From contig CAZMHV010000002.1 in assembly GCA_964566225.1 (NCBI GenBank), positions 231,489-295,488 on the forward strand: a stretch of DNA of 64,000 nt, read 5' to 3'. This stretch comes from an uncultured Gammaproteobacteria bacterium (GTDB taxonomy: Bacteria; Patescibacteriota; Patescibacteriia; Magasanikbacterales; UBA922). The position numbers were made by a program, and so were the translations under genes. Positions within the stretch are counted from its first letter, which is position 1; every line of letters starts with the position of its first letter. The notes beneath the pieces were generated by a model, which searched no databases, was not told the DNA's origin, and saw nothing but the letters and a program-made list of their open reading frames with translations. Of this stretch, positions 34,771 to 43,739 are shown one piece after another.

Positions 34771-36969
34771 ATGCAAAAATTCTCTAAAATAACACTCTTT
34801 TTTTCATTTTTTTGTTTGGCTTTGCCTCTGCTGTTTACACCTGCCACCATGTTTCCGTGGTTGTTTGGTAAAACCATTGTTTTTCAAATGGTTCTTGAAA
34901 TTTTGACTCTTTGTTTTTTTCTGTTGGCCCTAAAAGAAAAAAATTTTACGATCAAAAAGTTGTCTTTGCTTGACGCAATAGTCTACTTGTTTTTGGCAGT
35001 CATGACTCTAACCGCACTGCTGGGAATTGATGTTGGGCAAAGTTTTTGGCCAACTCAAATGCGAAGTTTGGGAGTTTTTACGTGGCTTCATTTTGGTGTG
35101 TGGTATTTTTTCTTAACACAGTGTATTGAAACAGAAAGTCACTGGAAAAAGTTGTTGTCTTGGAGTGTGCAGGTGGCGGTGGTAGTTGGGCTTAGTGGTG
35201 TATTTCAGAGTTTTCTCCCGACTGTGTGGAGAGGGGATGCTGGTGGAGAAAGATTTTCTGGAATTTTGGGTAATCCGGCTTTTTTTGCCGCCTATATTTT
35301 GATTCATGCGGGCATAGCATTTTTTTTGAGTACAAAATTTTTGGGGAAATGGAAAATATTGTTTATAACTGAGGGAGTGTTTTTTAGTATTTGTGTCTTG
35401 CTCAGTGGTATTCGTGGAGCAGCACTGGGTTTGGCTATGGGTGTTTTGGTTTTTTTGGGTACAAGATTTTTTCAAAAATCTGTTGGAAAAAAAACAAAAA
35501 TCATCAAAGCCGGAATTGTATGTTTGATTGGTCTTTTGTCAATAAGTTTTGTTGTTATCAAAAATAGTCCACTCAAAAGTGAACTGCCTGGTCCTTTGGC
35601 CCGTTTGTTTGACTACTCATTGTCGAGTGGCACGGGGGCTACTCGTATTATGGCATGGAATATTGCGCTCAAGGGGTTTGTGCAAAAGCCACTTTTGGGT
35701 TGGGGATGGGGAAATTTTGAAAGAGTGTTTAATGCCAACTATAATCCTCAATTTTTGCAGTATGGTTTTCAAGAAACCGTGTGGGATAAACCACACAATA
35801 GTGTCCTTGAAATGATGGTCTCCATGGGACTCTTTGGATTTTTGTACGTACTGGTGTTTGTGGTGAGTTTGTTTGCCTTGTGGAAGCACTCTCGAGAAAA
35901 GTCTTCGGATACTTTGGGAGATTCCCTGCTCGCTGCGACATTGCTTGCTTATTTGGGACAGGCACTCTTTTTGTTTGAAACTACAAATGTTTTGTTTCCT
36001 TTGTTTTTGGTGCTAGCTTTTATTTCTGTTGAGTCTCGTCTCAAAAAAGAACAAAATTTCAAAAAATTCTCTGTGCCGGTGGGAGTGTTATTTGTTGGGG
36101 GAGTCTTATGTGTATATCTGATGACTTTCAATGTACAATTTTTGACCACATCACATGTTGTGAAAACTGTGTTTGATGGGCATACGCCACAAAATTTTAG
36201 CTCTGCGGTAGAAAAATCTTTGCACGGAAATAAACATGTGCGTACCGAGAGTGGCATTCTCATTGCTGATCAATTTACCAAACTTGAAAAATCTGGATCT
36301 CTGCAAAAAGAAAATGTTGCCTTGTGGCGTGAGAGTGCTTTGTTGACTGCCGAGACTTTGGAAAAAAGTTTTGAAGATTCTCATCGTCAAAATAGTATTG
36401 CGGCAACCTGGAGTGCTCAAGTGTATATGATTTTGGGACAATTCGAAGATGAAAAGTATTATGATAGGGCAATTGGATTGCTTGAGGCAGCACATGGGAT
36501 TGCCCCTCAAAAACAAGAAATTTTGTTTTTGTTAAATAGAGTGAACTTGCTCAAAAAAGATTTTGTCAAAGCGGCATCGTGGGGACAGCAGGCAGTGGAG
36601 GTGAACCCCAATATTGCTATCAGTTACTGGTTTTTGGGATTAGCCAAAATTGCGGGGGGTGATGTTGCTGCTGGACTGGTTTCCCTGGATGCTGCTTTTG
36701 CTCGTGGGTATTATCCTACGGTGAATGAAAGACTGTATATTATTGATTTGTATACTGATCAAAAGCAATATGATAAAATCGTAGAGCAGTATAAAATATT
36801 GGTTGCGGCTGACGAGACCAATGTAAACTGGTATATTAAATTGGCTACGGCCTATGCTTTGGCTGGTGATAAAAAAAATGCCCTGGAGACGGTGAATCAA
36901 GCAAAGGCTCTGTATCCACCCGTTGCGGCTGATGCTGATGCATTTATTCAACAATATCATTTACAATAA
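34771..36969 (+). CDS. O-antigen ligase/polymerase (Wzy_C) family membrane protein fused to C-terminal TPR repeats
   Basis: About 10 TM helices with GIRGAALGLAMGVLVFLG in the Wzy_C loop region and a WGWGNFE motif. The C-terminal soluble part of about 250 aa has TPR-like Ala/Leu/Tyr periodicity (AISYWFLGLAKIAGGDVAAG..., WYIKLATAYALAGDKKNALE). Confidence 0.6.
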   Translation: MQKFSKITLFFSFFCLALPLLFTPATMFPWLFGKTIVFQMVLEILTLCFFLLALKEKNFTIKKLSLLDAIVYLFLAVMTLTALLGIDVGQSFWPTQMRSLGVFTWLHFGVWYFFLTQCIETESHWKKLLSWSVQVAVVVGLSGVFQSFLPTVWRGDAGGERFSGILGNPAFFAAYILIHAGIAFFLSTKFLGKWKILFITEGVFFSICVLLSGIRGAALGLAMGVLVFLGTRFFQKSVGKKTKIIKAGIVCLIGLLSISFVVIKNSPLKSELPGPLARLFDYSLSSGTGATRIMAWNIALKGFVQKPLLGWGWGNFERVFNANYNPQFLQYGFQETVWDKPHNSVLEMMVSMGLFGFLYVLVFVVSLFALWKHSREKSSDTLGDSLLAATLLAYLGQALFLFETTNVLFPLFLVLAFISVESRLKKEQNFKKFSVPVGVLFVGGVLCVYLMTFNVQFLTTSHVVKTVFDGHTPQNFSSAVEKSLHGNKHVRTESGILIADQFTKLEKSGSLQKENVALWRESALLTAETLEKSFEDSHRQNSIAATWSAQVYMILGQFEDEKYYDRAIGLLEAAHGIAPQKQEILFLLNRVNLLKKDFVKAASWGQQAVEVNPNIAISYWFLGLAKIAGGDVAAGLVSLDAAFARGYYPTVNERLYIIDLYTDQKQYDKIVEQYKILVAADETNVNWYIKLATAYALAGDKKNALETVNQAKALYPPVAADADAFIQQYHLQ

Positions 36970-36998
36970 TTTATTTTGAATTACTTTTTATAAATTAT

Positions 36999-37691
36999 AT
37001 GAAAAAGAAACATGTTTTTGGGTGGGTTGGAGGAGTTATCGTCTTTCTGGTGGTTACTGCGGCTGCTGGGTATTTTCTTTTTCCAGCGCGAGTAGAAAAT
37101 TTTGAAGTAGAAAAAAAATTACAAGGAAATGCAGAACAACTTGGAATCTATCACCAGATTCAAGAATACGAACAAAAAATTAAAAATAAACCTGAAGACG
37201 AAGTTCCACTCTTGGTAAATATTGGTTTTGACTGGAAAAGTTTGGGTGACTTGACCAAAGACAACTTTTTTTATGCGAAAGCGCTCGAAGCATACCAAAA
37301 AGGTATTGATAAGTCAGAAGGCAAAAATGTTGCATTTTACTGGAACGCAGGGAAAGTTGCCGAGCTGATGGGAAATTTTACCTTGGCAGAAAATTATTAT
37401 AAACAAGCAATACAAATTGCTCCATCATATGGTGAAACCTACAATTACTTGGCAGATTTGTATATTCACAGACTGAACAAGTCACAAGATGAAATATTGG
37501 CAGTCTATACCGAGGGTCTCAAAGGAACTGGTGGAGATGCCAATGTATACCTCTCTCAATGTAGTTACCTTAGAAGTGTGAACCGTACCAAAGATGCCTT
37601 GGACTGTTATAAAATTTTGTTGAGTGGATATCCCAAAAATGAAGGGTTCGCTCAAATAGTGAAAGAACTTACTGCTGCACTAAAAAAATAA
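36999..37691 (+). CDS. Membrane-anchored TPR-repeat protein
   Basis: N-terminal TM helix VFGWVGGVIVFLVVTAAAGYFLF, then TPR-like repeats (KALEAYQKGIDKSEG, AENYYKQAIQIAPSYGETYNYLADLYI). Confidence 0.55.
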   Translation: MKKKHVFGWVGGVIVFLVVTAAAGYFLFPARVENFEVEKKLQGNAEQLGIYHQIQEYEQKIKNKPEDEVPLLVNIGFDWKSLGDLTKDNFFYAKALEAYQKGIDKSEGKNVAFYWNAGKVAELMGNFTLAENYYKQAIQIAPSYGETYNYLADLYIHRLNKSQDEILAVYTEGLKGTGGDANVYLSQCSYLRSVNRTKDALDCYKILLSGYPKNEGFAQIVKELTAALKK

Positions 37692-37696
37692 TTTGT

Positions 37697-39745
37697 ATGA
37701 AATCTTTTTTTGAAAAAACAATTCGTTTTCTCATTCCACTCACTTTTGTGGTTCCATTCTTTTTTGGACCATTTGTGTGGAAATCATTTATTTTTCCATT
37801 CATTGTCCCCAAAATAGTTTTGTTTCGAAGTTTGACAATGCTCATGGTAGCGGCCTATGTTTGTTTGCTCGGTATTAACTACCAAAAATATAAGTTGAAA
37901 TTTACTCCTCTGACACTGGCATTGCTCGGATTTTATCTAAGTTTTGCGCTTTCGACGTTTGTAGGGGTAGACTGGTACAAAAGTTTTTGGGACAACCATG
38001 AGCGAATGCTTGGTTTGTTTACGATGACCCACTATGTAGTATATTATATTGTGGTTACAAGCATTGGCTTGACCAAAGAAGAATGGAAAACAAATTTTCG
38101 TTGGATTCTATGGCTTGGAAGTATTGTCATGATCTTGGGCATCGTTCAAAAATTCAGTCCAGACTTCATGCTCAACCAAGGCAATACACGTGTCTCATCA
38201 ACACTCGGAAATCCAATTTATTTTGCAGGATACGGACTTTTTTTGGGTTGTTTGGGTTTGTATTTATATGTTTGTGAAAAAGACCGTACACTTAAAATCA
38301 CCTCACTTTTGTTGGGTTTTCTTGGACTTTCCGCTACTTTTTTGAGTGGGACTCGGGGAACACTGCTTGGAATTGCGGTGGGGGTTGCTGTATCACTGCT
38401 GTTGATTGCCTTTCATCGATCTCTGGCTCAAAAAACAAAATATGTTGTTTTGAGTGTGTTTCTCGGTGCGGTCATTGTGGTGAGTTGTTTGTTTTTGCTT
38501 CGTCACAACACCATCGTAAATCAGATTCCTGCTTTGGGAAAATTATTGAACTCTGCGAGTGAAATTCACGAAAAAAGTCCACGTCTCATGTCATGGGGAA
38601 TTGCGATTGAATCGTGGAAAGAAAAACCAATCTTTGGTTGGGGGCCAAACAATTATTACTATGCATTTAATAAGTACTATCGACCGGAATATCTCAACTT
38701 TGGTTGGGGTGAAACATGGTTTGATAACGCTCATAATGTTGTATTAAATACTCTTGCGGTACAGGGACTTTTGGGGTTGGTGAGTTATTTATCACTTTTT
38801 GCTGTGGGAGTTGTTTACTTGATTAAAAAAGAAAAAGAAGGCACCGTGGATATAAGAGTAATGATATTTGGTGTTGGATTTTTGGTAGCGCATTTTGTCC
38901 ATAATGTTTTTGTGTTTGAAGATCCAACATCACTCTTGTATTTTTATTTCTTTTTAGCCTACATCAATGTTCAACTCTTTGAAACGGTTGCTGAAAAAAA
39001 TAAAGTAAGTGATACAAAATTTTCTGTTTACAAGGCTTCTGCTGTATTTTTTATAATCTTTTTGTTCATTCACCGAACGAATATTGACGTGGCTAAAGCC
39101 AATGTACGAAGTTTTGAGGCGATTCAATCTGTATACACTGGTGTTGATACTTTGAATAAATATAATATTGCAGTGAATACTCCTACTCCACATATTGACG
39201 ATGTGCGTGCCGATATAGCAAGGGCGGTGTATGCGGCACTACCAAACTATGCGCAGGCCAACCGTTTGGAAGGATTTCGACCAATATTTAATGCTTCGTA
39301 TGAGGATTTGAAAAAAGATCATGCTTTGCATCCACTCGATATTCGTATTCATTTGCAAGAGGCGCAGCTCGCACAGGCAGGTGCACAGTATTACCAACGA
39401 CCTGAATTGTATCAAGAAGCTGAAGTTGTGCTCGACGAGGCTCTCACTCACTCACCTAAACGTCAGCAGGTGCAGTACACTTTGGCGATGCTTTCATTTC
39501 AATTACAAAAACCACAAAAAGCCGAAGCATTGCTCGTGGATGCTATCAAAAATACACCAAAATTTGCAGAAGGATGGTGGAGACTGGCCTATGTGTATAT
39601 TTATAGTGGTAGACCTGATCAAGCACAAAAGATTATGCAGCAGGCGCAGCAGTCAGGAGTGGTGTTTGAACCATCACGACTTCAAAATATTGAGACGCTT
39701 ATTCGTCAAGCAACAGTGAGTAGTACAGCTCCAAAGTCGAAGTAA
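37697..39745 (+). CDS. O-antigen ligase/polymerase (Wzy_C) family membrane protein fused to C-terminal TPR repeats (paralogue of 34771..36969)
   Basis: Motifs GTRGTLLGIAVGVAVSLLLIAF and WGPNNYYYAFNKYY. C-terminal TPR-like region (EGWWRLAYVYIYSGRPDQAQKIMQQAQQ). Confidence 0.6.
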   Translation: MKSFFEKTIRFLIPLTFVVPFFFGPFVWKSFIFPFIVPKIVLFRSLTMLMVAAYVCLLGINYQKYKLKFTPLTLALLGFYLSFALSTFVGVDWYKSFWDNHERMLGLFTMTHYVVYYIVVTSIGLTKEEWKTNFRWILWLGSIVMILGIVQKFSPDFMLNQGNTRVSSTLGNPIYFAGYGLFLGCLGLYLYVCEKDRTLKITSLLLGFLGLSATFLSGTRGTLLGIAVGVAVSLLLIAFHRSLAQKTKYVVLSVFLGAVIVVSCLFLLRHNTIVNQIPALGKLLNSASEIHEKSPRLMSWGIAIESWKEKPIFGWGPNNYYYAFNKYYRPEYLNFGWGETWFDNAHNVVLNTLAVQGLLGLVSYLSLFAVGVVYLIKKEKEGTVDIRVMIFGVGFLVAHFVHNVFVFEDPTSLLYFYFFLAYINVQLFETVAEKNKVSDTKFSVYKASAVFFIIFLFIHRTNIDVAKANVRSFEAIQSVYTGVDTLNKYNIAVNTPTPHIDDVRADIARAVYAALPNYAQANRLEGFRPIFNASYEDLKKDHALHPLDIRIHLQEAQLAQAGAQYYQRPELYQEAEVVLDEALTHSPKRQQVQYTLAMLSFQLQKPQKAEALLVDAIKNTPKFAEGWWRLAYVYIYSGRPDQAQKIMQQAQQSGVVFEPSRLQNIETLIRQATVSSTAPKSK

Positions 39746-40997
39746 TCATGCTTTGGAGTGAGTATTGGTTTGCTGTATCTGACGATGCCGGGAGTTGAGG
39801 CGATGAGAGTCTGTTTTGGATAGCCTCGGTGAGGGCTTTGGTATCACCTGGGGGAACTATCTGGGCAGTTGGTACATGTTTGAGTAATGATGGGACACCA
39901 CCTACTGCTGTGGCAACCACAGGAATATGAAAACACAGTGTTTCGAGAAGGGCATAAGGAAGCCCTTCTTTTTTTGAAGGCAAAACAAAAAGATCAAAGG
40001 CGGGCAAGAGTCTCGCGGCCTCTTCAATGTGACCAGTGAGGGTGATGGTGTCTTTGAGTTGATGTTTTTCAATGAGGCTTTCCAAGTAGATTCGTTCTGG
40101 TCCTTCACCTATAATAAAATAGTGAGTAGAGTCTTGCAATTTTTTTTCTTGTGCTATGGCATCAATGAGTGTATCGAGTCCTTTGGTTTTGTAGAGTCCG
40201 GCAATGGTTCCAATCCATTTTTGTGCAGTTATGTTTTGTGTTGTAGATTGAATGAGGTATTCACGAGCCTGAGTCTGTGAGAGTTTTGTTTTTGGAACTT
40301 GTATTCCAAGTGGGATTGTCTGTATTTTGGTTATTGGAATATGGAGAAATTTTTTACCAATTTCGGTTTCTTCGGGTGAAAGTGTTATAAACACGTTTTT
40401 GAAAGGTTGAGTAATTTTTTCAAGCCACAAAAATAATTTTTTGATAGGCAGAGAAAGTGGTTCCAAAAAAATCCAACCATGTACTGTATACACAAGGGGA
40501 ATGTGTGGGGAAAAAAGTTTGGCGAGTGAACCAAGAATACTGGCCTTGGTACTATTGAGATGAATGACATCAGGGTTTACTTGCCTGTAGAGACTCTGGA
40601 GTTCAAAAAGACCAAGCAGATCATGCCATGGAGAAATTGCTCGTTGGAGGTGTTTGAGTTGTACGAAGCGGAGACTTCCAGGTGTTTGGGCAGTGGTGAG
40701 GATTTGAAGTTTTTTTTGTAAGTCAGTGGCCCCCTTTGGTTCACCAATGGCAACCGTGACATGGTGTTTTTGAGAGAGTTCTGTGGTCAAATCAAGGACA
40801 TATCGCTGAGAACCACCCCAGACTCCCTGGGTAATGATGAGAAGAATATTGAGTGGTTCGCGGTCTGAAATAGTGTTTTTGGCCTTGGGAGAATTCACTG
40901 GTAAAACAATATTTTTCGCTCTATAAAGCGAATTTTCTTGTTTTGGTAGTTGGTTGGGGATAGCTTGACTTTTCATATGATTTATAGCATAATACAT
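39699..40997 (-). CDS. Glycosyltransferase family 4 (GT-B fold)
   Basis: N-terminal ILLIITQGVWGGSQRYVLDL. C-terminal donor-binding region GEGPERIYLESL...LFVLPSKKEGLPYALLETLCFHIPVVATAVGGVP with the E-x7-E-like motif. The true start may be the internal Met at 40976. Confidence 0.65.
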   Translation of the reverse strand: MYYAINHMKSQAIPNQLPKQENSLYRAKNIVLPVNSPKAKNTISDREPLNILLIITQGVWGGSQRYVLDLTTELSQKHHVTVAIGEPKGATDLQKKLQILTTAQTPGSLRFVQLKHLQRAISPWHDLLGLFELQSLYRQVNPDVIHLNSTKASILGSLAKLFSPHIPLVYTVHGWIFLEPLSLPIKKLFLWLEKITQPFKNVFITLSPEETEIGKKFLHIPITKIQTIPLGIQVPKTKLSQTQAREYLIQSTTQNITAQKWIGTIAGLYKTKGLDTLIDAIAQEKKLQDSTHYFIIGEGPERIYLESLIEKHQLKDTITLTGHIEEAARLLPAFDLFVLPSKKEGLPYALLETLCFHIPVVATAVGGVPSLLKHVPTAQIVPPGDTKALTEAIQNRLSSPQLPASSDTANQYSLQSMITSTLELYYSLLLDE

Positions 40998-41028
40998 TTT
41001 GACAAAAGATGCAATATTTCTCTTATTT

Positions 41029-42585
41029 ATGCGAATTTTAGTTACTGGTGGCGCCGGGTTTGTCGGCTCACATTTAGTCGATGCTTTACTCAGTCTTGGT
41101 CATGATGTTATCTGCCTGGACAGCTTTTTTAGTGGACGACGAGAAAACGTAGCACATCATTTTGATAATCCTCGATTTCACTTATTTCAGCATGATGTCC
41201 GTTTGCCTATGCCCTGGGGGAGTGAAAAACTTGACCGTATTTATCACCTGGCCTGTCCTGCTTCTCCAGATCAATACCAATTTGATCCGATTTTAACTTT
41301 GGAGACATCAGTCAAAGGAACACAAAATATGTTGGAGTTGGCACGTCGCACCGGTGCACGGATGCTGTTTACTTCCACTTCAGAAATGTATGGTGATCCA
41401 CTGGAACATCCCCAAAAAGAAACGTATTGGGGCAATGTTGACCCGCTTGGAAAGCGTGCTTGTTATGACGAAGGAAAACGTGCCGCTGAAACTTTGTGTA
41501 AAGATTATCATGAACAGTATGGTGTAGATATTCGTATTGTTCGTATTTTCAATACCTATGGTCCACGAATGATGTTTAATGATGGACGAGTTCTTTCAAA
41601 TTTTATTATTCAGGCTCTGCTTGGTGAAGAAATGACTGTGTATGGAGATGGAAAACAGACCCGGAGTTTCATGTATGTGAGTGATTTGGTTGCTGGTTTG
41701 GTAAAAAGAATGGAAGTTGAAAGTGATGATTGGATGCCTGTCAACTTGGGAAATCCAGATGAACGATCAATGATTGACTTGGCATTGCTGGTAAAAGAAC
41801 GTGTTGCTTCGTCAAGTGAGATTGTCCACCTCAGTGAAAAAGAAGTTCCAAATCGAATCGGTGATCCACGACAACGTCAGGCAGATATTTCACGTGCACG
41901 TGAGTTGCTCAAGTGGGAGCCGTTGGTAGGGTTTGATGAAGGACTCACCAAAACAATTAAAGATTTTCAATTTCGTTTGGAACATAAACCACGAGTATTA
42001 GTTTTTGTGCCGACATTTTCATCTGTTGAAGGTCCTGCCGAACAAGCTTTGCGGGAAATAATGGATCGAATGAAAGGTTATGAATTTGATGTGGTGTCTG
42101 CACGAATGGATGCTACACTTCCGGTGGAGTCTGTTATGGGACGAGTACGGGTGTATCGTTTGGGCAGTGGGAGTAAACTGGATAAATACCTCTTGCCAAT
42201 TCGTGGTGCTTGGTTTGCTCGAAAACTTCACAAAAAAAATCAGTATCGAATTGTGTGGGCGGTCATGGCCAGTTATGGAGCTTTGGCTGCAGCCATATTT
42301 TCTCGTTTGTTGAAGCGTCCAGTTCCATTTCTTTTGAGTGTGTACGAAGGTGATATTGATGAAAAAATGCTTTCTCGTGGACGATGGCTCTCTCCACTGT
42401 ACCAGTTTATTTTTCGACGTGCGCATCGTTGGCAGGTGGTTGGTCGTATGAGTGAACAGCAACGAGCTTGGCTTGAAGATGAACGTCATGTTCAAGCTGT
42501 CGTATTTGATAAAAATTGGGATTTGCTGACTAAAAAAACCAAAGAAATGTTTGGGCAAATTGAAATTCTTTCTACTCGTTTGTAA
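41029..42585 (+). CDS. UDP-glucuronate decarboxylase (UDP-xylose synthase)-like SDR fused to a C-terminal GT4 N-terminal half-domain
   Basis: N-terminal 310 aa: ILVTGGAGFVGSHLVDAL, catalytic YDEGKRAAE (YxxxK) and the UXS-like order. The C-terminal 200 aa are clearly homologous to the N-terminal half of the next gene (VLVFVPTFSSVEGPAEQALREIMDRMKGYEFDVVSARMD vs ILIFSTAYFPLVGGAEVALKEIIQGLPEYDFDIVTARMK). The ORF track starts at 40999. Confidence 0.7.
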   Translation: MRILVTGGAGFVGSHLVDALLSLGHDVICLDSFFSGRRENVAHHFDNPRFHLFQHDVRLPMPWGSEKLDRIYHLACPASPDQYQFDPILTLETSVKGTQNMLELARRTGARMLFTSTSEMYGDPLEHPQKETYWGNVDPLGKRACYDEGKRAAETLCKDYHEQYGVDIRIVRIFNTYGPRMMFNDGRVLSNFIIQALLGEEMTVYGDGKQTRSFMYVSDLVAGLVKRMEVESDDWMPVNLGNPDERSMIDLALLVKERVASSSEIVHLSEKEVPNRIGDPRQRQADISRARELLKWEPLVGFDEGLTKTIKDFQFRLEHKPRVLVFVPTFSSVEGPAEQALREIMDRMKGYEFDVVSARMDATLPVESVMGRVRVYRLGSGSKLDKYLLPIRGAWFARKLHKKNQYRIVWAVMASYGALAAAIFSRLLKRPVPFLLSVYEGDIDEKMLSRGRWLSPLYQFIFRRAHRWQVVGRMSEQQRAWLEDERHVQAVVFDKNWDLLTKKTKEMFGQIEILSTRL

Positions 42586-42588
42586 GGT

Positions 42589-43734
42589 ATGAAGAAAAAA
42601 ATTCTTATTTTTTCAACAGCATACTTTCCATTGGTGGGAGGTGCTGAAGTTGCGCTGAAAGAAATTATTCAGGGTTTGCCTGAATATGATTTTGATATTG
42701 TCACGGCACGAATGAAAAAAAATTTATCACGAGTTGAAACAATGGAAACGGGTACGGTATATCGAATGGGAATCGGTGTTCCTTGGTTTGATAAACTTTT
42801 GCTTGCGGTTTGTGGTGGTATGTATGGACAAAGACTTCATACAAAAAATTCGTATGCGGCTGTGTGGAGCATGATGGCGAGTTATGGTGGATTTGCAGCG
42901 TTGTCTCTGAAAAAGAAAACACACCTTCCTTTTTTGCTCACTTTGCAAGAAGGTGATCCGATTGAATATATCTTGCACAAGGTTCGCTTGGTACGTCATC
43001 GATTTAATCAAATCTTTACTCATGCGGATGGTCTCCAAGCTATTAGTACGTATTTGATGAAGTGGGGAGAAAACATGGGCTTTCAAGGCCCAGTGAAAGA
43101 AATTGTGCCAAATGGAGTTGATGTCTCTCGTTTTACGAAAAAATTTTCAAATGAAGAAATTTTGACAGTGCGAAAAAATTTTGGCTTTCGAGAAGATGCG
43201 GTGGTACTGGTTACCGCGTCACGTCTCGTTACCAAAAATGGTGTTGCTGATGTGATTCGTGCACTGACACACTTGCCTCCGCAGATTTGTTTTGTGATTT
43301 GTGGTGTTGGAGAACTTGAGGATTCGTTACATGCATTGGCCAAAGAGTTGCACGTGGATTCACGCGTTGTTTTTTTGGGCAATGTTTCTCACCAAGAACT
43401 TCCCAAGATTTTGCGTGCCTCAGATATTTTTATTCGAGCTTCACTTACTGAGGGGCTGGGCAATTCATTTTTGGAAGCCATGGCTGTAGGACTTCCAACG
43501 ATTGGGACACCGGTTGGTGGAATTCCAGATTTTTTGACTGATGGTGAGACCGGATTTTTTTGTGAACCTCAGAGTCCTGAAAGTATTGCGAAGACTGTGA
43601 CGCGAATTTTGGAGTTAACACCACAAGAAAAAACAATGATCCATGAAAAGGCAATGAAAATTATTTTGGAAAAATATAACTGGCAATATATTTGTGTGCG
43701 CATGCGCTGTATTTTTGATGCACTTACGCAGTAG
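42589..43734 (+). CDS. Glycosyltransferase family 4
   Basis: Full GT-B protein. C-terminal RASLTEGLGNSFLEAMAVGLPTIGTPVGGIPDFL carries the E-x7-E motif. Confidence 0.7.
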   Translation: MKKKILIFSTAYFPLVGGAEVALKEIIQGLPEYDFDIVTARMKKNLSRVETMETGTVYRMGIGVPWFDKLLLAVCGGMYGQRLHTKNSYAAVWSMMASYGGFAALSLKKKTHLPFLLTLQEGDPIEYILHKVRLVRHRFNQIFTHADGLQAISTYLMKWGENMGFQGPVKEIVPNGVDVSRFTKKFSNEEILTVRKNFGFREDAVVLVTASRLVTKNGVADVIRALTHLPPQICFVICGVGELEDSLHALAKELHVDSRVVFLGNVSHQELPKILRASDIFIRASLTEGLGNSFLEAMAVGLPTIGTPVGGIPDFLTDGETGFFCEPQSPESIAKTVTRILELTPQEKTMIHEKAMKIILEKYNWQYICVRMRCIFDALTQ

Positions 43735-43739
43735 TTATT

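Noticed and set aside
40977-41031. Divergent or leaderless promoter between the GT4 (minus) and UXS-fusion (plus) genes (TTGACA-18-TTATTT immediately abutting the ATG)
   Set aside because: The spacing between the putative -10 and the start codon does not allow a normal TSS. Too speculative.
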